Positions 8,816-19,450 of a DNA stretch of 64,000 nucleotides are shown here, one piece after another. Source of the stretch: Lancefieldella parvula (lineage in GTDB: Bacteria; Actinomycetota; Coriobacteriia; Coriobacteriales; Atopobiaceae); NCBI GenBank assembly GCA_023300185.1, contig CP097092.1:1018115-1082114 (forward strand). The letters are read 5' to 3'. Each line of letters begins with the position of its first letter. Position 1 is the first letter of the stretch. The translations under genes and the position numbers were made by a program. The notes below the pieces were generated by a model. The model searched no databases, was not told where the DNA came from, and saw nothing but the letters and a program-made list of their open reading frames with translations.

Positions 8816-9979
8816 CTAAATGATGATCATGGCATCACCAAATGACAAGAAGCGGTACTTCTCGTCAATGGCACTTTGATAGGCATCCATAATCTGCTCG
8901 CGCGTTGCAAACGCAGAAACCAGCATCATCAAAGTTGAACGTGGAACGTGGAAGTTGGTCACCATGGTGTCTACCACGTGGAACGTAGAGCCTGGCATCA
9001 GGTATAGATTAGTAGTTGCATTTTCTCGAGCAACCATATCGCCTTTATGAGTCACTGCAGCAGAGTCTTCTGCCTCCTCAAAGCGACGGGCAACAACAGG
9101 AGGCTCAGCTGCAGGAATCTGATTATCCCAAGCACTTTCAAGCGAGCGAACACTGGTAGTACCAATGGCAATAACCTTATGACCAGCGGCTTTGGTAGCC
9201 TTTACTGCTTCTACAACTTCTGGAGCTACGTGGTAGCGCTCGGTATGAATGACGTGCTTAGTAGGATCGTCCTCTGTTACCAACCTGAAGGTATCAATAC
9301 CCACCTCTAGCTCAACAGATGCCCACTGAACACCCTTTGCTTTGATGGTTTCAATGAGCTCAGGAGTAAAGTGAAGACCCGCGGTAGGAGCTGCAGCAGA
9401 ATGCTCGTCCTGCATAGCGTAGACCGTCTGGTACTTCTCTGGGTCTCCCTCGTACTGTGTAATATACGGAGGCAGTGGAACGTGGCCCGCCTCATGAATA
9501 GCCTCGTCAAGAGTGCGATCTCCCTGTGCTTCAAAACGCACCAGGCGACCTCCCCTGTTGTCGTCAACAAAGTCCACAATGGTGCCCGTCAACACAACAG
9601 GAGCTGAGTCAGGAGCATGCAAGCCACCTGCACGATATTCAATTACCGCGCCAGGCTTTAGACGCTTACCAGGATTTACCAGACACTCCCATACACTACC
9701 CAAAGCATCAATGTCTTCTCGACGTTTTAAAAGCAGCGTTTCTGAGACGCCGCCCGTATTTTGCTTTTTACCTACAAGGCGAGCTGGCATAACGCGCGTC
9801 TGGTTAACTACAACCAAATCGCCCGGCTCAAGATACTCCACAATATCGGTGAAGTGCTTGTGCTCTATGCTGCCATCTTCTCTATGCAGTACCAAAAGCC
9901 TACAAGAGTCCCTTGGCTCAGCAGGAGCTTGTGCAATACGTTCTTCTGGAAGGATGTAATCAAAGTCGTCAGTTCGCAT
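8816..9979 (-). CDS. queA: S-adenosylmethionine:tRNA ribosyltransferase-isomerase
   Basis: FDYILPEERIAQAP N-terminal QueA signature; conserved central and C-terminal blocks; length about 385 aa from the internal Met. Confidence 0.85.
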   Translation of the reverse strand: MRTDDFDYILPEERIAQAPAEPRDSCRLLVLHREDGSIEHKHFTDIVEYLEPGDLVVVNQTRVMPARLVGKKQNTGGVSETLLLKRREDIDALGSVWECLVNPGKRLKPGAVIEYRAGGLHAPDSAPVVLTGTIVDFVDDNRGGRLVRFEAQGDRTLDEAIHEAGHVPLPPYITQYEGDPEKYQTVYAMQDEHSAAAPTAGLHFTPELIETIKAKGVQWASVELEVGIDTFRLVTEDDPTKHVIHTERYHVAPEVVEAVKATKAAGHKVIAIGTTSVRSLESAWDNQIPAAEPPVVARRFEEAEDSAAVTHKGDMVARENATTNLYLMPGSTFHVVDTMVTNFHVPRSTLMMLVSAFATREQIMDAYQSAIDEKYRFLSFGDAMIII

Positions 9980-10601
9980 GACGTGCTGCCTTTCTTGCGT
10001 CACGAGCTTCATGACGCTCTATCTGAGCCTCGGCCGCAGAATATCTGCAACCGCAATAATTTTGTCGATACATACCAAGCTCACGAGACTCTTTTGTAGC
10101 CTCTGGGTAAAACGGACGGAAATCTCTCCATACAGGCGTCAGTCCATGAGCGTGCGCAATGGACACCAGCTCATCCTCGCACGCATCAAAGAGCTGATAG
10201 GGCGAGACAGCCAGTGTTGTAGAAACGTATTCAAACCCGCGCTCAGCCGCCACACGACAACTCTCTGCCAAGCGGATTGCGTAACAAGCACGACAGCGAC
10301 GATCTCGCTCAAATCCCTGAGGGGCCACAGCTCGCTCCCACTGCTCTCGCGGATCTCCTGCCACAATCACCTCAACATGAGCCTCTTCTTGAGCCCACGC
10401 CAGTAAGGTTTGGAGGCGTCTGTCATGCTCCTCAACAGGCTGAATATTAGGGTTAGTCCAACAGATGGTTGGCTCAAAGCCCTCTTCTCTCAGATGCTTT
10501 AAAGGTTCAAGCGAGCATGGTCCGCAGCATGCATGAAGCAGCAGCGGTGTTCCTGGCTCTACTGAAAGAGTCTCAATTGACTGAAGCATGTTTGAAGCCA
10601 T
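9969..10601 (-). CDS. queH: epoxyqueuosine reductase QueH (DUF208)
   Basis: LLLHACCGPCS and NYCGCRYS cysteine motifs; 210 aa; overlaps the queA start by 11 nt. Confidence 0.8.
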   Translation of the reverse strand: MASNMLQSIETLSVEPGTPLLLHACCGPCSLEPLKHLREEGFEPTICWTNPNIQPVEEHDRRLQTLLAWAQEEAHVEVIVAGDPREQWERAVAPQGFERDRRCRACYAIRLAESCRVAAERGFEYVSTTLAVSPYQLFDACEDELVSIAHAHGLTPVWRDFRPFYPEATKESRELGMYRQNYCGCRYSAAEAQIERHEARDARKAARHAN

Positions 10602-11467
10602 TAGTTCTTCTCGCCTTGTGCCTTATAACATTTCCAACCTACTATAGCGCAGGCAGCAAGACATACAAAAATGGTAACAACGCTTGCTTCGATACCATAC
10701 GCACCGCCCGAGATAAACTCAGATGCTGCAGGATACGCCGTTAAGAGCGTGGTAGGAAGAAGCGTAGTGGTAACCGAGATGCCCAGAATAGGGCCAGTCA
10801 CAAAGTTCCAGATAAAGTGCATAGCAATGGTCATAAGCAGGTTATCAGTAAGCCAAAACACCAAGCCATAGAGAATGCCCATCAAAAAGACTGAGATTGC
10901 TGCGGCAATAGAGATGTTAGGCGTTAGTCCATACGTTGCGGTAAAGAGCACTGCTTGAAGCACAAGCGCTACAGGGAAAGAACTCTTAGCTGCAACACCA
11001 GTCTGTAGATAGCCTCTAAACAAGATTTCTTCTGCAGTAGACTCAATCAGGGTTGCCACAAGTAAGAAGAGAGCAGCAAAAATGTTATAGGGAGCATTGA
11101 AGTTAAAATCAAAGCCTTCAATGAGCATGATAGAGCCAAAGGTAAACAGCACCATCAAAAAGCCAAAGGTAACTCCGCGCATAAATCCTGGCCAGGAGCT
11201 TACTCGAAGACCTAAAGACCTAAAATCTCGCTTATTGACGCGGGTAATCCACACAAGGATTAAGCCACCTGCAAGCACACTTCCTAGAAGGCTCAACACG
11301 GCTGGAAGAATATCGTTTGGCGGAAGCTCTCCCATAACCATCAGCGGAATATGACACACAAACATGAGTAAAAGCGCAAGGTCAGCCACAAGGAAGGGCG
11401 TCACCACAGACTTTGGTGGATCCTTTAGGACAAACTCAAGGCTTGTCTTTGGCTTTTTTCTTCCCAC
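10601..11467 (-). CDS. CPBP family intramembrane glutamic endopeptidase (CAAX protease/Abi-like)
   Basis: EEILFRGYLQ motif and the second His-containing motif FIWNF within a polytopic membrane protein. Confidence 0.65.
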   Translation of the reverse strand: MGRKKPKTSLEFVLKDPPKSVVTPFLVADLALLLMFVCHIPLMVMGELPPNDILPAVLSLLGSVLAGGLILVWITRVNKRDFRSLGLRVSSWPGFMRGVTFGFLMVLFTFGSIMLIEGFDFNFNAPYNIFAALFLLVATLIESTAEEILFRGYLQTGVAAKSSFPVALVLQAVLFTATYGLTPNISIAAAISVFLMGILYGLVFWLTDNLLMTIAMHFIWNFVTGPILGISVTTTLLPTTLLTAYPAASEFISGGAYGIEASVVTIFVCLAACAIVGWKCYKAQGEKN

Positions 11468-11594
11468 AAACTCTCCTTACATAATTTCTACTCACTATAG
11501 TATCGACTTCTGAATCTATTCGTGTAGTGAATCAAAAAAGATTAGAATAAGAAGATAATTTGCGTAATCTACTAATTCCAACTGCGAGGTATCC

Positions 11595-13634
11595 ATGGCC
11601 GAAAGCTACGACATGAACAACCGCCCTCATTTTCCTAAGCGCGCTGTCATTACCGGTGGTATGCCCTACGGTAACAAGAATCTCCACTTTGGACATATTG
11701 CGGGCGTCTTTGTCCCAGCAGATTTCTTTGCTCGTTTCTTAAGAGATCGTATTGGCCAGAAAAACGTTTTGTTTATCTCGGGAACTGATTGCTATGGCTC
11801 TCCTATTGCAGAGGGCTATCGCAAAAAGGTTGAAGAAGAGGGCTACGAGGGCACCATCCTTGATTACGTTAATCATAATCACAACCTGCAGAAAAGCGCT
11901 CTTAACGCCTACAATATCTCGCTTGATTTCTACGGCGGTTCCGCGCTAGAACCCGCTGCAAAGATCCACGAAGAGATGGCTGACAGCATCATGCACCGCC
12001 TCTACGAGCGCGGTAAACTTTCCAAGCTTTCAACTAAACAGTTTTACGATACCGAGGCACAGACATTCCTTAACGGCCGTCAGGTCAATGGACGTTGCCC
12101 TATTAAGGGCTGCAAGTCAGAGAAGGCTTATGCAGAAGAATGCGACCTGGGTCATCAGTTCAACCCAGAGGAGCTCATTGCCCCTATTTCGCAGCTCACC
12201 GGCACCACGCCAGAGCTTCGTCCTGCACCAAGCTGGTACTTTGACCTGTCACAATACAAAGAGTTCCTCAACAACCTGGTAGAAAAGTGGAAGAACAACC
12301 CACAGATTCGTTCAGTTGTTACTTCTACCGTTCAAGAGACTCTGACAGAGCCTATTATCTACATTCAAAATTCCTACCGCCAAGACTTTGACGGCGTTGC
12401 CTTTTCCCTCCCAGCTCATAGCGTTATTGAGCCAGAAGGCAATGCATCTTCTTTCTCAGTTGTCTTTGAGAACTGGCAGGACAGAGATGAAGCTCGCGAG
12501 AAACTCAAAGAGGCAGGAATTCGCTTTAGAACAAGCAAGACCCTTCTGCCTTACCGTATGACGGGCAACATTTCTTGGGGCCTTAAGTCTCCAGACATTG
12601 AAGATCTCAAAGACCTTACCATCTGGGTTTGGACTGAGTCTCTCTGGGCTCCTATCACCTTCACGCGTGCTGCTCTTTCTGAAGACGCCAGCAATGGCGG
12701 CTCTCGCTACTCTTCCGATGAGTGGCGCGATTGGTGGTGCAGCGATGATGCAGCCGTCTACCAGTTTATTGGTCAGGACAACATCTTCTTCTACTGCATT
12801 GTCCAGAACCCACTGTGGGATGCGCTTGATTGGGGTCTTATCACCGATACTCCAGTTGCTAACTACCACATTCTCTTTATGAACAAGAAGGCCTCCAGCT
12901 CTGGTGCTATCAAGCCTCCAATGGCCGAGGAACTCCTTGAGTTCTACACTCCAGAACAGCTCCGCGCTCACTGGCTCTCGCTTGGCCTTGATCAGCGCGC
13001 CGTGTCCTTCTCGCCAAAGGCTTTTGATACCTCTGTATCCAGGAAGGGTAAAGATGGTCAGCCAGATCTTCTGGTAAAGGATGATCCTCGCGTTGTTGAT
13101 CCAGCGCTCAAGGAGTCAGCGTTTCTCACTAACATCTTTAACCGCATGGCTCGTAGCTGCCTGTATGGTGCAGCCAATGCGTGTGGTGGTCACCTGCCTA
13201 TCAGTGAGCCTCACCAGGAAGTTATCGATGCTGCTCAAGAGGTTCTGCTGAAGTACGAGCAGCTTGCATACGGCTTTGACGCACACTCTGCACTTGCCGC
13301 TGTTGATGAGTACGCTCGCGCAGAAAACAAGCGTTGGGGCGAGGCTTCCAAGGCCGCTCAGGGCAATGACGAGGCCTACGACCAGGCACTTGCTGATGCA
13401 TTCTATGCACTCAAGACCATCACGCTGCTTATGCACCCGGCTGTTCCGGAAGGCTGCGAGCGCATTGCAGATGCTCTCAACTTCCCACATGAGGAGTTCT
13501 TCTCTTGGGAGAACGCCTTTATGGGTCCAAAAGAGCTTGCAGCAAAGCTTGGCCAGAGCGCAGAGGAGCACCAGCTTGAAGAGCTCCCTCCTCGCTTTGA
13601 CTTCTTCAAAGCACATCCAAGCCAGAAGAACTAA
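11595..13634 (+). CDS. metG: methionine--tRNA ligase
   Basis: HIGH-type motif HFGHIAG. The VPADFFARFLRDRIG block matches the MetRS ADxxARYxRxxG block. A Cys-knuckle (CPIKGCKSE...C) is present. The KMSKS-like motif reads NKKASSSG. Confidence 0.85.
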   Translation: MAESYDMNNRPHFPKRAVITGGMPYGNKNLHFGHIAGVFVPADFFARFLRDRIGQKNVLFISGTDCYGSPIAEGYRKKVEEEGYEGTILDYVNHNHNLQKSALNAYNISLDFYGGSALEPAAKIHEEMADSIMHRLYERGKLSKLSTKQFYDTEAQTFLNGRQVNGRCPIKGCKSEKAYAEECDLGHQFNPEELIAPISQLTGTTPELRPAPSWYFDLSQYKEFLNNLVEKWKNNPQIRSVVTSTVQETLTEPIIYIQNSYRQDFDGVAFSLPAHSVIEPEGNASSFSVVFENWQDRDEAREKLKEAGIRFRTSKTLLPYRMTGNISWGLKSPDIEDLKDLTIWVWTESLWAPITFTRAALSEDASNGGSRYSSDEWRDWWCSDDAAVYQFIGQDNIFFYCIVQNPLWDALDWGLITDTPVANYHILFMNKKASSSGAIKPPMAEELLEFYTPEQLRAHWLSLGLDQRAVSFSPKAFDTSVSRKGKDGQPDLLVKDDPRVVDPALKESAFLTNIFNRMARSCLYGAANACGGHLPISEPHQEVIDAAQEVLLKYEQLAYGFDAHSALAAVDEYARAENKRWGEASKAAQGNDEAYDQALADAFYALKTITLLMHPAVPEGCERIADALNFPHEEFFSWENAFMGPKELAAKLGQSAEEHQLEELPPRFDFFKAHPSQKN

Positions 13635-13655
13635 AACACGCAGCTAGGAGCATAC

Positions 13656-14552
13656 GTGGTTGAGTTTCCACCCGTCTACCGCCCAAAACCTTATAGCAAG
13701 CCAACAGCACACCTGAAGAGCCATCTTCGAGTGTTGCTTGATGACGGCGCAGAAATTGCAACGTTTGTCTACACTCCCCACACCTCTGATGGCGAGAAAC
13801 CCTGTGAAGACCTCGCTTCAACTGCGGCTTATTTAGCATCTGTTCCCGACGATATCTTTGCTACACCCATTGTTTTTCTCCACGGAAATGGAGAAGAGCA
13901 CGGCATCTTTGGCACCATCATTGACGAAGTATGCAGCCGCGGCTACATCGCAATTGGTATTGATTCGAGAGATCAAGGGCTAAGTACTAGAGGAACGGCC
14001 ATCTTTACCTACGAGCAGATGGCAGAAGATGCGTATGTTGTCCTGAAGCAGCTTGGTGTTTCATCTGCTCATATTGTGGGCTTTTCTGACGGAGCTATTC
14101 TTGGTCTTCTTCTGGCACGTGACTATCCAGACGTAGTTGCTTCTCTCGTATCTATCGGAGCAAATCTTGAGCCTGATACTCTGGGTGATATGACCTGGCT
14201 ATATGAAAGTATCGAGGGCAATAAACGTTGGGCAGTTGAAGGCTGGGAAGGTGCTGTTCTAGAAGACGGCTACCCTGTTCCTTCTCCTGCTGAGGCCGCT
14301 CGTATTGCAGAGCATCTTGAACTCATGGTAGATAACCCTCATATTGATCCCGCGTCCCTTGAACACATCTCCGTTCCTGTTGTTGTCATGGCAGGTGAAT
14401 ACGATGAGATTTATCCAGAGGAAACTCGCCGTATTGCTGAGGCAATCCCTACCGCTCGACTTCTCTTCATTCCAGGATGTCCTCACAATGTTCCCAAGGT
14501 ATCTCCGGGTGCAGTGGTGAGAAGAATTTTTGCAAATTTTGCCTATCTTTAA
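13656..14552 (+). CDS. alpha/beta-fold hydrolase
   Basis: HGNGEEHG..., GFSDGAILG nucleophile elbow, about 298 aa, GTG start. Confidence 0.7.
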   Translation: MVEFPPVYRPKPYSKPTAHLKSHLRVLLDDGAEIATFVYTPHTSDGEKPCEDLASTAAYLASVPDDIFATPIVFLHGNGEEHGIFGTIIDEVCSRGYIAIGIDSRDQGLSTRGTAIFTYEQMAEDAYVVLKQLGVSSAHIVGFSDGAILGLLLARDYPDVVASLVSIGANLEPDTLGDMTWLYESIEGNKRWAVEGWEGAVLEDGYPVPSPAEAARIAEHLELMVDNPHIDPASLEHISVPVVVMAGEYDEIYPEETRRIAEAIPTARLLFIPGCPHNVPKVSPGAVVRRIFANFAYL

Positions 14553-14610
14553 GAACAGAGCTGGAACTCTAACCTGATTTACCTGCTTTTGTTTCAAGAA
14601 AATAAAACTT

Positions 14611-14633
14611 AGGTACTTAATTGTTAAGTACCT
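14611..14633. promoter_or_regulatory. perfect 10-3-10 palindrome aggtacttaaTTGttaagtacct, candidate MarR operator
   Basis: Seen directly. It abuts a candidate -35 element 60 bp upstream of the MarR-ABC exporter operon. Confidence 0.35.
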
Positions 14634-14660
14634 TGATATCTCAGAAATTTTGAGTAAAAT
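14633..14660 (+). promoter_or_regulatory. candidate sigma70-like promoter ttgata-N16-taaaat for the marR-ABC operon
   Basis: Hexamers and spacing read directly from the sequence. No expression data. Confidence 0.3.
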
Positions 14661-14696
14661 ACCTTACAAGAATTATTTCTGTTATGGGAGGTACTT

Positions 14697-15161
14697 ATGC
14701 ATCAAGCACCTACCTCACCTACTCAAGAGATGCGCATTATTCGCAATCTTGGCCATCTAGGTCATTATCTTTACATCACGCGCGGATGCCGTGGCGGTCA
14801 ACAATTTATTTTGACTGCGCTCTATCGTGATGGAGATATGACACAAAAAGATCTTCTCGCCAAGACAAAGAATACCTCTGCATCTCTTTCAGAAATGGTG
14901 AGCAAACTTGAAGCAAAAGGTCTTGTTGAACGTACTCGTGTAGACAAAGACCGCAGGCAGACACTTCTTTCTTTGACAAAAGAAGGTCAAAAACAAGCAA
15001 AAGAAGCTCAAGAGGCTATTGAGTCATTTGAAGCGCGCGCATTGTCTGTTCTTTCTGATGAAGAAAAAGTTACATTCTGCGCATATCTAGATCGTTTAGT
15101 TGAACATTGGGACACAATTAACAGAGACGAGAAGGGAGAAACAGCATGTCAGAAGAAGTAA
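14697..15161 (+). CDS. MarR family transcriptional regulator
   Basis: Winged-HTH block DMTQKDLLAKTKNTSASLSEMVSKLEAKGLVERTRVDKDRRQTLLSLTKEG. Confidence 0.75.
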   Translation: MHQAPTSPTQEMRIIRNLGHLGHYLYITRGCRGGQQFILTALYRDGDMTQKDLLAKTKNTSASLSEMVSKLEAKGLVERTRVDKDRRQTLLSLTKEGQKQAKEAQEAIESFEARALSVLSDEEKVTFCAYLDRLVEHWDTINRDEKGETACQKK

Positions 15162-17047
15162 CTTCAACTGAAGAACTTGAAAACATAATTGAATCAACTG
15201 AAGCAGAAACTGCTATGGTTCCCTCTGCTCTGACAGGTATTGTAGATGTCAGCAATCTTTCCATTAAAGAGATTGCTTTAGTGCTTTCAAAGAGTATCGG
15301 TGAGTTCAAAAGAGACACTATTCTCACTCCTCTCTTTGTGTTAATTGAGACCATCTTAGAAATCCTCATTCCTTTTAGAACAGCTAATCTTGTTGATACG
15401 CTTCGCACGGGGGCAGAACTAAACGTTGTCATTCAGTCTGGAGCTGTTCTTGCTGCTATGGCAATGCTGTCGCTGCTGTTTGGAACACTATCCGGTATTT
15501 CTGTTGCCAAAGCTTCCACAGGCTTTGCGCGCAATCTTCGCCGTGATATGTTCCGTAATATCCAAAATTTCTCGTTTACCACTATTGATGCATTCTCTTC
15601 GTCATCGTTAGTAACACGCCTTACTACGGATATTTCTAACGTACAGATGGCATTTATGATGCTCATCCGCATGGCCGTTCGTGCTCCATTTATGTTTATT
15701 GCAGCGTTTATTGCTGGCTTTATCATGGGTGGCTGGCTTGCTATTATTTTTGTTGCCGTCATGCCTCTTCTAGGAATTGGTCTCTACTTCATTATTTCTA
15801 GAGTCATTCCTATTTTTAAAAAGGTATTTAAGAGGTACGACGCACTCAATGAATCCGCTGAAGAAAACTTGGCTGGTATCCGCGTTGTTAAGTCATTTGT
15901 AAATGAAAACTTCGAGCGTCAGAAATTTGATAAGGCCTCAGAAGAGCTGCGCGAAGATTTTACAGCAGCCGAGAGGCTCATGGCTCTGAACTCTCCATTT
16001 ATGAACTTCACTATTTACGTGCTGTTTGTCTTCATTCTGTACTTTGGCTCGTACCTGATTGTCTCTTCTCAGGGAACTGCATTTGGCGTTGGACAGCTTT
16101 CTTCGCTTATTACGTATGGCTTTATGATGCTTATGGCACTCATGATGCTTTCCTTTGTCTTTGCCATGATCATCATTGCGGAAGAAGGTGCTCGCCGCAT
16201 CTGTGAGGTACTCCTTGCAACTTCCACTATTAACAACCCAGAAAATCCTCTGACCGAGGTTACAAACGGATCCATTGATTTTGAGAACGTTGGATTCTCC
16301 TATTCCGGTCCAGAGGGTCGAGAAGCCCTGTCTGGTGTAGACCTTCACATCAACTCTGGTGAGGTCATCGGTATCATTGGTGGCACCGGTTCTGCAAAGT
16401 CCACACTGGTGCAGCTTATTCCTCGCCTATACGATGTAACCGCTGGTAGCGTTTCTGTTGGCGGACACAACGTCAAAGACTATGACATTGATACTCTTCG
16501 TGGTGCTGTTGCCATGGTTCTTCAGAAAAACGTTCTCTTTAGCGGTACCATCAAAGAGAATCTCCTGTGGGGTAACCCTGACGCCACCGATGAAGAGATT
16601 CTTGAGGCAGCTCGTCTTGCTCAGGCTGATAGCTTTGTTCAAACCTTCCCTGATAAATATGAGACTCATATCGAGCAGGGTGGCAACAACGTTTCTGGTG
16701 GTCAGAAGCAGAGACTCTGTATTGCGCGCGCGTTGCTTAGACGTCCAAAAGTACTTATTCTTGATGACTCTACCAGCGCTGTTGATACAAAGACAGATTC
16801 TTTAATTCGCGCTGGTCTTAAAGATTTCTTGCCTGATACCACCAAGATCATCATTGCTCAGCGTACTTCCAGTATCGAAGAATCTGACAAGATTATTGTT
16901 CTGGATAACGGTCGCATAAACGCAATTGGTACGCACAAAGAACTCCTGAAAGATAACCCAATCTACCGCGAAGTGTACTTCTCACAGAACAAGCAAAGTG
17001 TTGATGAAAATCAGTCTCAGGAAGGTGAGGTGACTTCTCATGAGTAG
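15146..17047 (+). CDS. ABC exporter, fused permease/ATP-binding subunit (heterodimer partner 1)
   Basis: 6-TM N-terminal domain; Walker A GGTGSAKST; signature LSGGQKQRLCIARAL; 16-nt overlap with marR. Confidence 0.85.
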   Translation: MSEEVTSTEELENIIESTEAETAMVPSALTGIVDVSNLSIKEIALVLSKSIGEFKRDTILTPLFVLIETILEILIPFRTANLVDTLRTGAELNVVIQSGAVLAAMAMLSLLFGTLSGISVAKASTGFARNLRRDMFRNIQNFSFTTIDAFSSSSLVTRLTTDISNVQMAFMMLIRMAVRAPFMFIAAFIAGFIMGGWLAIIFVAVMPLLGIGLYFIISRVIPIFKKVFKRYDALNESAEENLAGIRVVKSFVNENFERQKFDKASEELREDFTAAERLMALNSPFMNFTIYVLFVFILYFGSYLIVSSQGTAFGVGQLSSLITYGFMMLMALMMLSFVFAMIIIAEEGARRICEVLLATSTINNPENPLTEVTNGSIDFENVGFSYSGPEGREALSGVDLHINSGEVIGIIGGTGSAKSTLVQLIPRLYDVTAGSVSVGGHNVKDYDIDTLRGAVAMVLQKNVLFSGTIKENLLWGNPDATDEEILEAARLAQADSFVQTFPDKYETHIEQGGNNVSGGQKQRLCIARALLRRPKVLILDDSTSAVDTKTDSLIRAGLKDFLPDTTKIIIAQRTSSIEESDKIIVLDNGRINAIGTHKELLKDNPIYREVYFSQNKQSVDENQSQEGEVTSHE

Positions 17048-18956
17048 GACAACAGAAACAAACGGTACAAGACCAAAGCTTCCCGTGGGAAAAATTCTTA
17101 CTCGAACCATTAAAATGCTCTGGGAGTTCTATCCTGTCCTTCTCCCTGTAGCACTCCTTGGTGCTGTTATCCAAGCAATTATGCAGTCGCTCCCAAGTGT
17201 CTTCTTGGAGCGAATCCTGTCTATCATCTCCAATTTTATTGATAGTGGTGACTGGAATTCTGCTGAAGGCTTAGTCTTCCAGAACGTGGCTCTTCTCGCC
17301 ACCTTCTACGTCATTGGACTTCTTGCGAATATCATCTCTACCCAGGGTATGGCTATTGTTACCCAGGGAGCTCTGCAAAAATGGCGTTCAAAGATGTTTT
17401 CGCACATGCAGGACTTGCCTATTAGGTACTTTGATACGCACCTCAATGGCGACATCATGAGCTATTACACCAATGATATTGACGCAATGCGCCAGATGAT
17501 TGGTACCAGTCTTCCAAACCTCCTCTTTACCTCTGTGGTTATCATCGCAGTTATATTCATCATGTTTTACTACAGCGCACTTATGGCCATGGTTGTTCTG
17601 TTTGGCTTCTCTTTGATGGGCCTTGCTACTAAAAACCTTGGTGGTAAGTCCGCAAAGAACTTTGTTAAGACTCAGAAAACCACCGCAGATGTAGAGGGAC
17701 ACATTCAGGAAATGATGAATGGCGAGAAGGTCGTTAAGGTCTTTAGTCATGAGGCAGAAACTATTGAATCATTTGACAAAATCAACGATGAGCTGATGGT
17801 TGTTGCAAGAAATGCAAACCTTTATGCCAACACGCTTATGCCTATCCTCAACAATCTGGGCAACATTATGTACGTTGTAGTTGCTGTAGTTTCTGGTGTG
17901 TTTATTACTCTGAACATTCAAAACGTTTCTTTGTCTGGACTGCCTTTCACCATTGCTGTAGCTGTCCCTTTCCTCAACATGACACGTCAGTTCTCCGCCC
18001 AGATTAACCAGATTTCTAGTCAGATTAACTCTGTTGTTATGGGCATCGCTGGTGCTAATCGAGTTTTTGAGCTACTTGATGAACCAGCAGAGACTGAAGA
18101 AGGTTACGTTACTTTAGTCAACGCAGAAACCATTGACGGTAAAGTTCAGGAAGCTGAGTACCGCACCGGTTACTGGGCTTGGAAGTATCCACACAGTGAC
18201 GGCACGGTTACTTACACCCCTGTTAAGGGAGACGTTCGCCTCTTTGATGTTGACTTTGGCTACGAGCCTGGCCACACCGTGTTGCATGATATTTCTCTTT
18301 ATGCAAAACCTGGTCAGAAGGTTGCATTTGTTGGCGCAACAGGCGCTGGTAAAACAACCATTACTAACCTGCTCAACCGCTTCTACGACATCGAAGACGG
18401 CAAAATTCGCTACGATGGCATCAACATTAACAAGATTAGGAAGAGCGCTCTTCGTCGTGCTCTCGGTATTGTTCTGCAAGACGTCAACCTCTTTACGGGT
18501 ACCGTCTTGGATAACATCCGCTACGGCCGTCTTGATGCTACTGATGAGGACTGCGTGAAGGCCGCAAAACTTGCTGGTGCCGATGACTTTATTAGACGTC
18601 TTCCTGACGGCTACCACACTATGCTCAAGGACAACGGCAGCGCCCTCTCCCAAGGACAGCGCCAGCTCATCTCCATTGCTCGCGCCGCGGTTGCAGATCC
18701 ACCCGTCATGATTCTGGACGAGGCTACCTCCAGCATTGACACACGTACTGAAGCAATTGTCCAGCGTGGTATGGACGCTCTGATGTACGACCGCACCACC
18801 TTTGTTATTGCTCACCGTCTTTCTACGGTTAGAAACGCAGATGTTATTGTCGTACTTGACCACGGTCGCATTATTGAGCGCGGTACACACGACGAACTTC
18901 TCGCCAAGCGAGGAACGTACTACCAGCTCTACACAGGTGCCTTTGAGCTTGAGTAA
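17040..18956 (+). CDS. ABC exporter, fused permease/ATP-binding subunit (heterodimer partner 2)
   Basis: Walker A GATGAGKTT; signature LSQGQRQLISIARA; overlaps the upstream subunit by 8 nt. Confidence 0.85.
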   Translation: MSRTTETNGTRPKLPVGKILTRTIKMLWEFYPVLLPVALLGAVIQAIMQSLPSVFLERILSIISNFIDSGDWNSAEGLVFQNVALLATFYVIGLLANIISTQGMAIVTQGALQKWRSKMFSHMQDLPIRYFDTHLNGDIMSYYTNDIDAMRQMIGTSLPNLLFTSVVIIAVIFIMFYYSALMAMVVLFGFSLMGLATKNLGGKSAKNFVKTQKTTADVEGHIQEMMNGEKVVKVFSHEAETIESFDKINDELMVVARNANLYANTLMPILNNLGNIMYVVVAVVSGVFITLNIQNVSLSGLPFTIAVAVPFLNMTRQFSAQINQISSQINSVVMGIAGANRVFELLDEPAETEEGYVTLVNAETIDGKVQEAEYRTGYWAWKYPHSDGTVTYTPVKGDVRLFDVDFGYEPGHTVLHDISLYAKPGQKVAFVGATGAGKTTITNLLNRFYDIEDGKIRYDGININKIRKSALRRALGIVLQDVNLFTGTVLDNIRYGRLDATDEDCVKAAKLAGADDFIRRLPDGYHTMLKDNGSALSQGQRQLISIARAAVADPPVMILDEATSSIDTRTEAIVQRGMDALMYDRTTFVIAHRLSTVRNADVIVVLDHGRIIERGTHDELLAKRGTYYQLYTGAFELE

Positions 18957-18991
18957 CGTTGAGCTTATGTAATGCAAAACGCCTTGTCATC

Positions 18992-19450
18992 GAACTGCCT
19001 CCCATTTCTTGGACATAAGAAAGGGGAGGCAGTTCATATGCGGGGGATTATGATTCTGCAGTGTGTTAGCGTCGGCTTTTAGGCCTGGCCCACAAAATAG
19101 CGCAGCTTTCTTGTGTTCTGCTGAAGAATCGACATGTTCTTAATCAAGATAGCAGGCAGCTAGGCGGTTGCACTATCTGATATGCATCTCTATGCATAAA
19201 CTTCATCTAATATGCTTAAACATGAATAGTCTTATATAAGAAATTTAACTATCAATAAATTCTGTATCTACGGAACACACCTAAGTCAGATAATCTGCTC
19301 AGATGCGGGCATTTTACACATCTAATGACGATAATCTGCATGTTTGTGGTAATTTCAGCGTCATGTATACGTCTTTTTGACAGATTATCTGACTTAGGTG
19401 TGTTTTGAACTGACTCCTATTTCTCGTGTCCAAGAAATGGGAGGTAGTTC
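18992..19450 (+). repeat. copy B of the approximately 460-bp structured repeat element, inserted in a split terminator stem between convergent genes
   Basis: Reverse complement of copy A with a few substitutions. Flanked by a 13-bp perfect inverted repeat aaaacgccttgtc / gacaaggcgtttt (18976-18988 and 19461-19473) followed by a T-run. Confidence 0.75.

Noticed and set aside
9513-10406. Several plus-strand ORFs across queA/queH
   Set aside because: Antisense to two well-conserved genes. Arg/Ser-rich shadow translations.
12456-13616. Minus-strand ORFs 12456..12971 and 13116..13616 inside metG
   Set aside because: Antisense shadow ORFs.
18114-18977. 287-aa minus-strand ORF inside the second ABC exporter gene
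   Set aside because: Antisense to a gene with clear Walker and signature motifs. The translation is V/N/S-rich junk.
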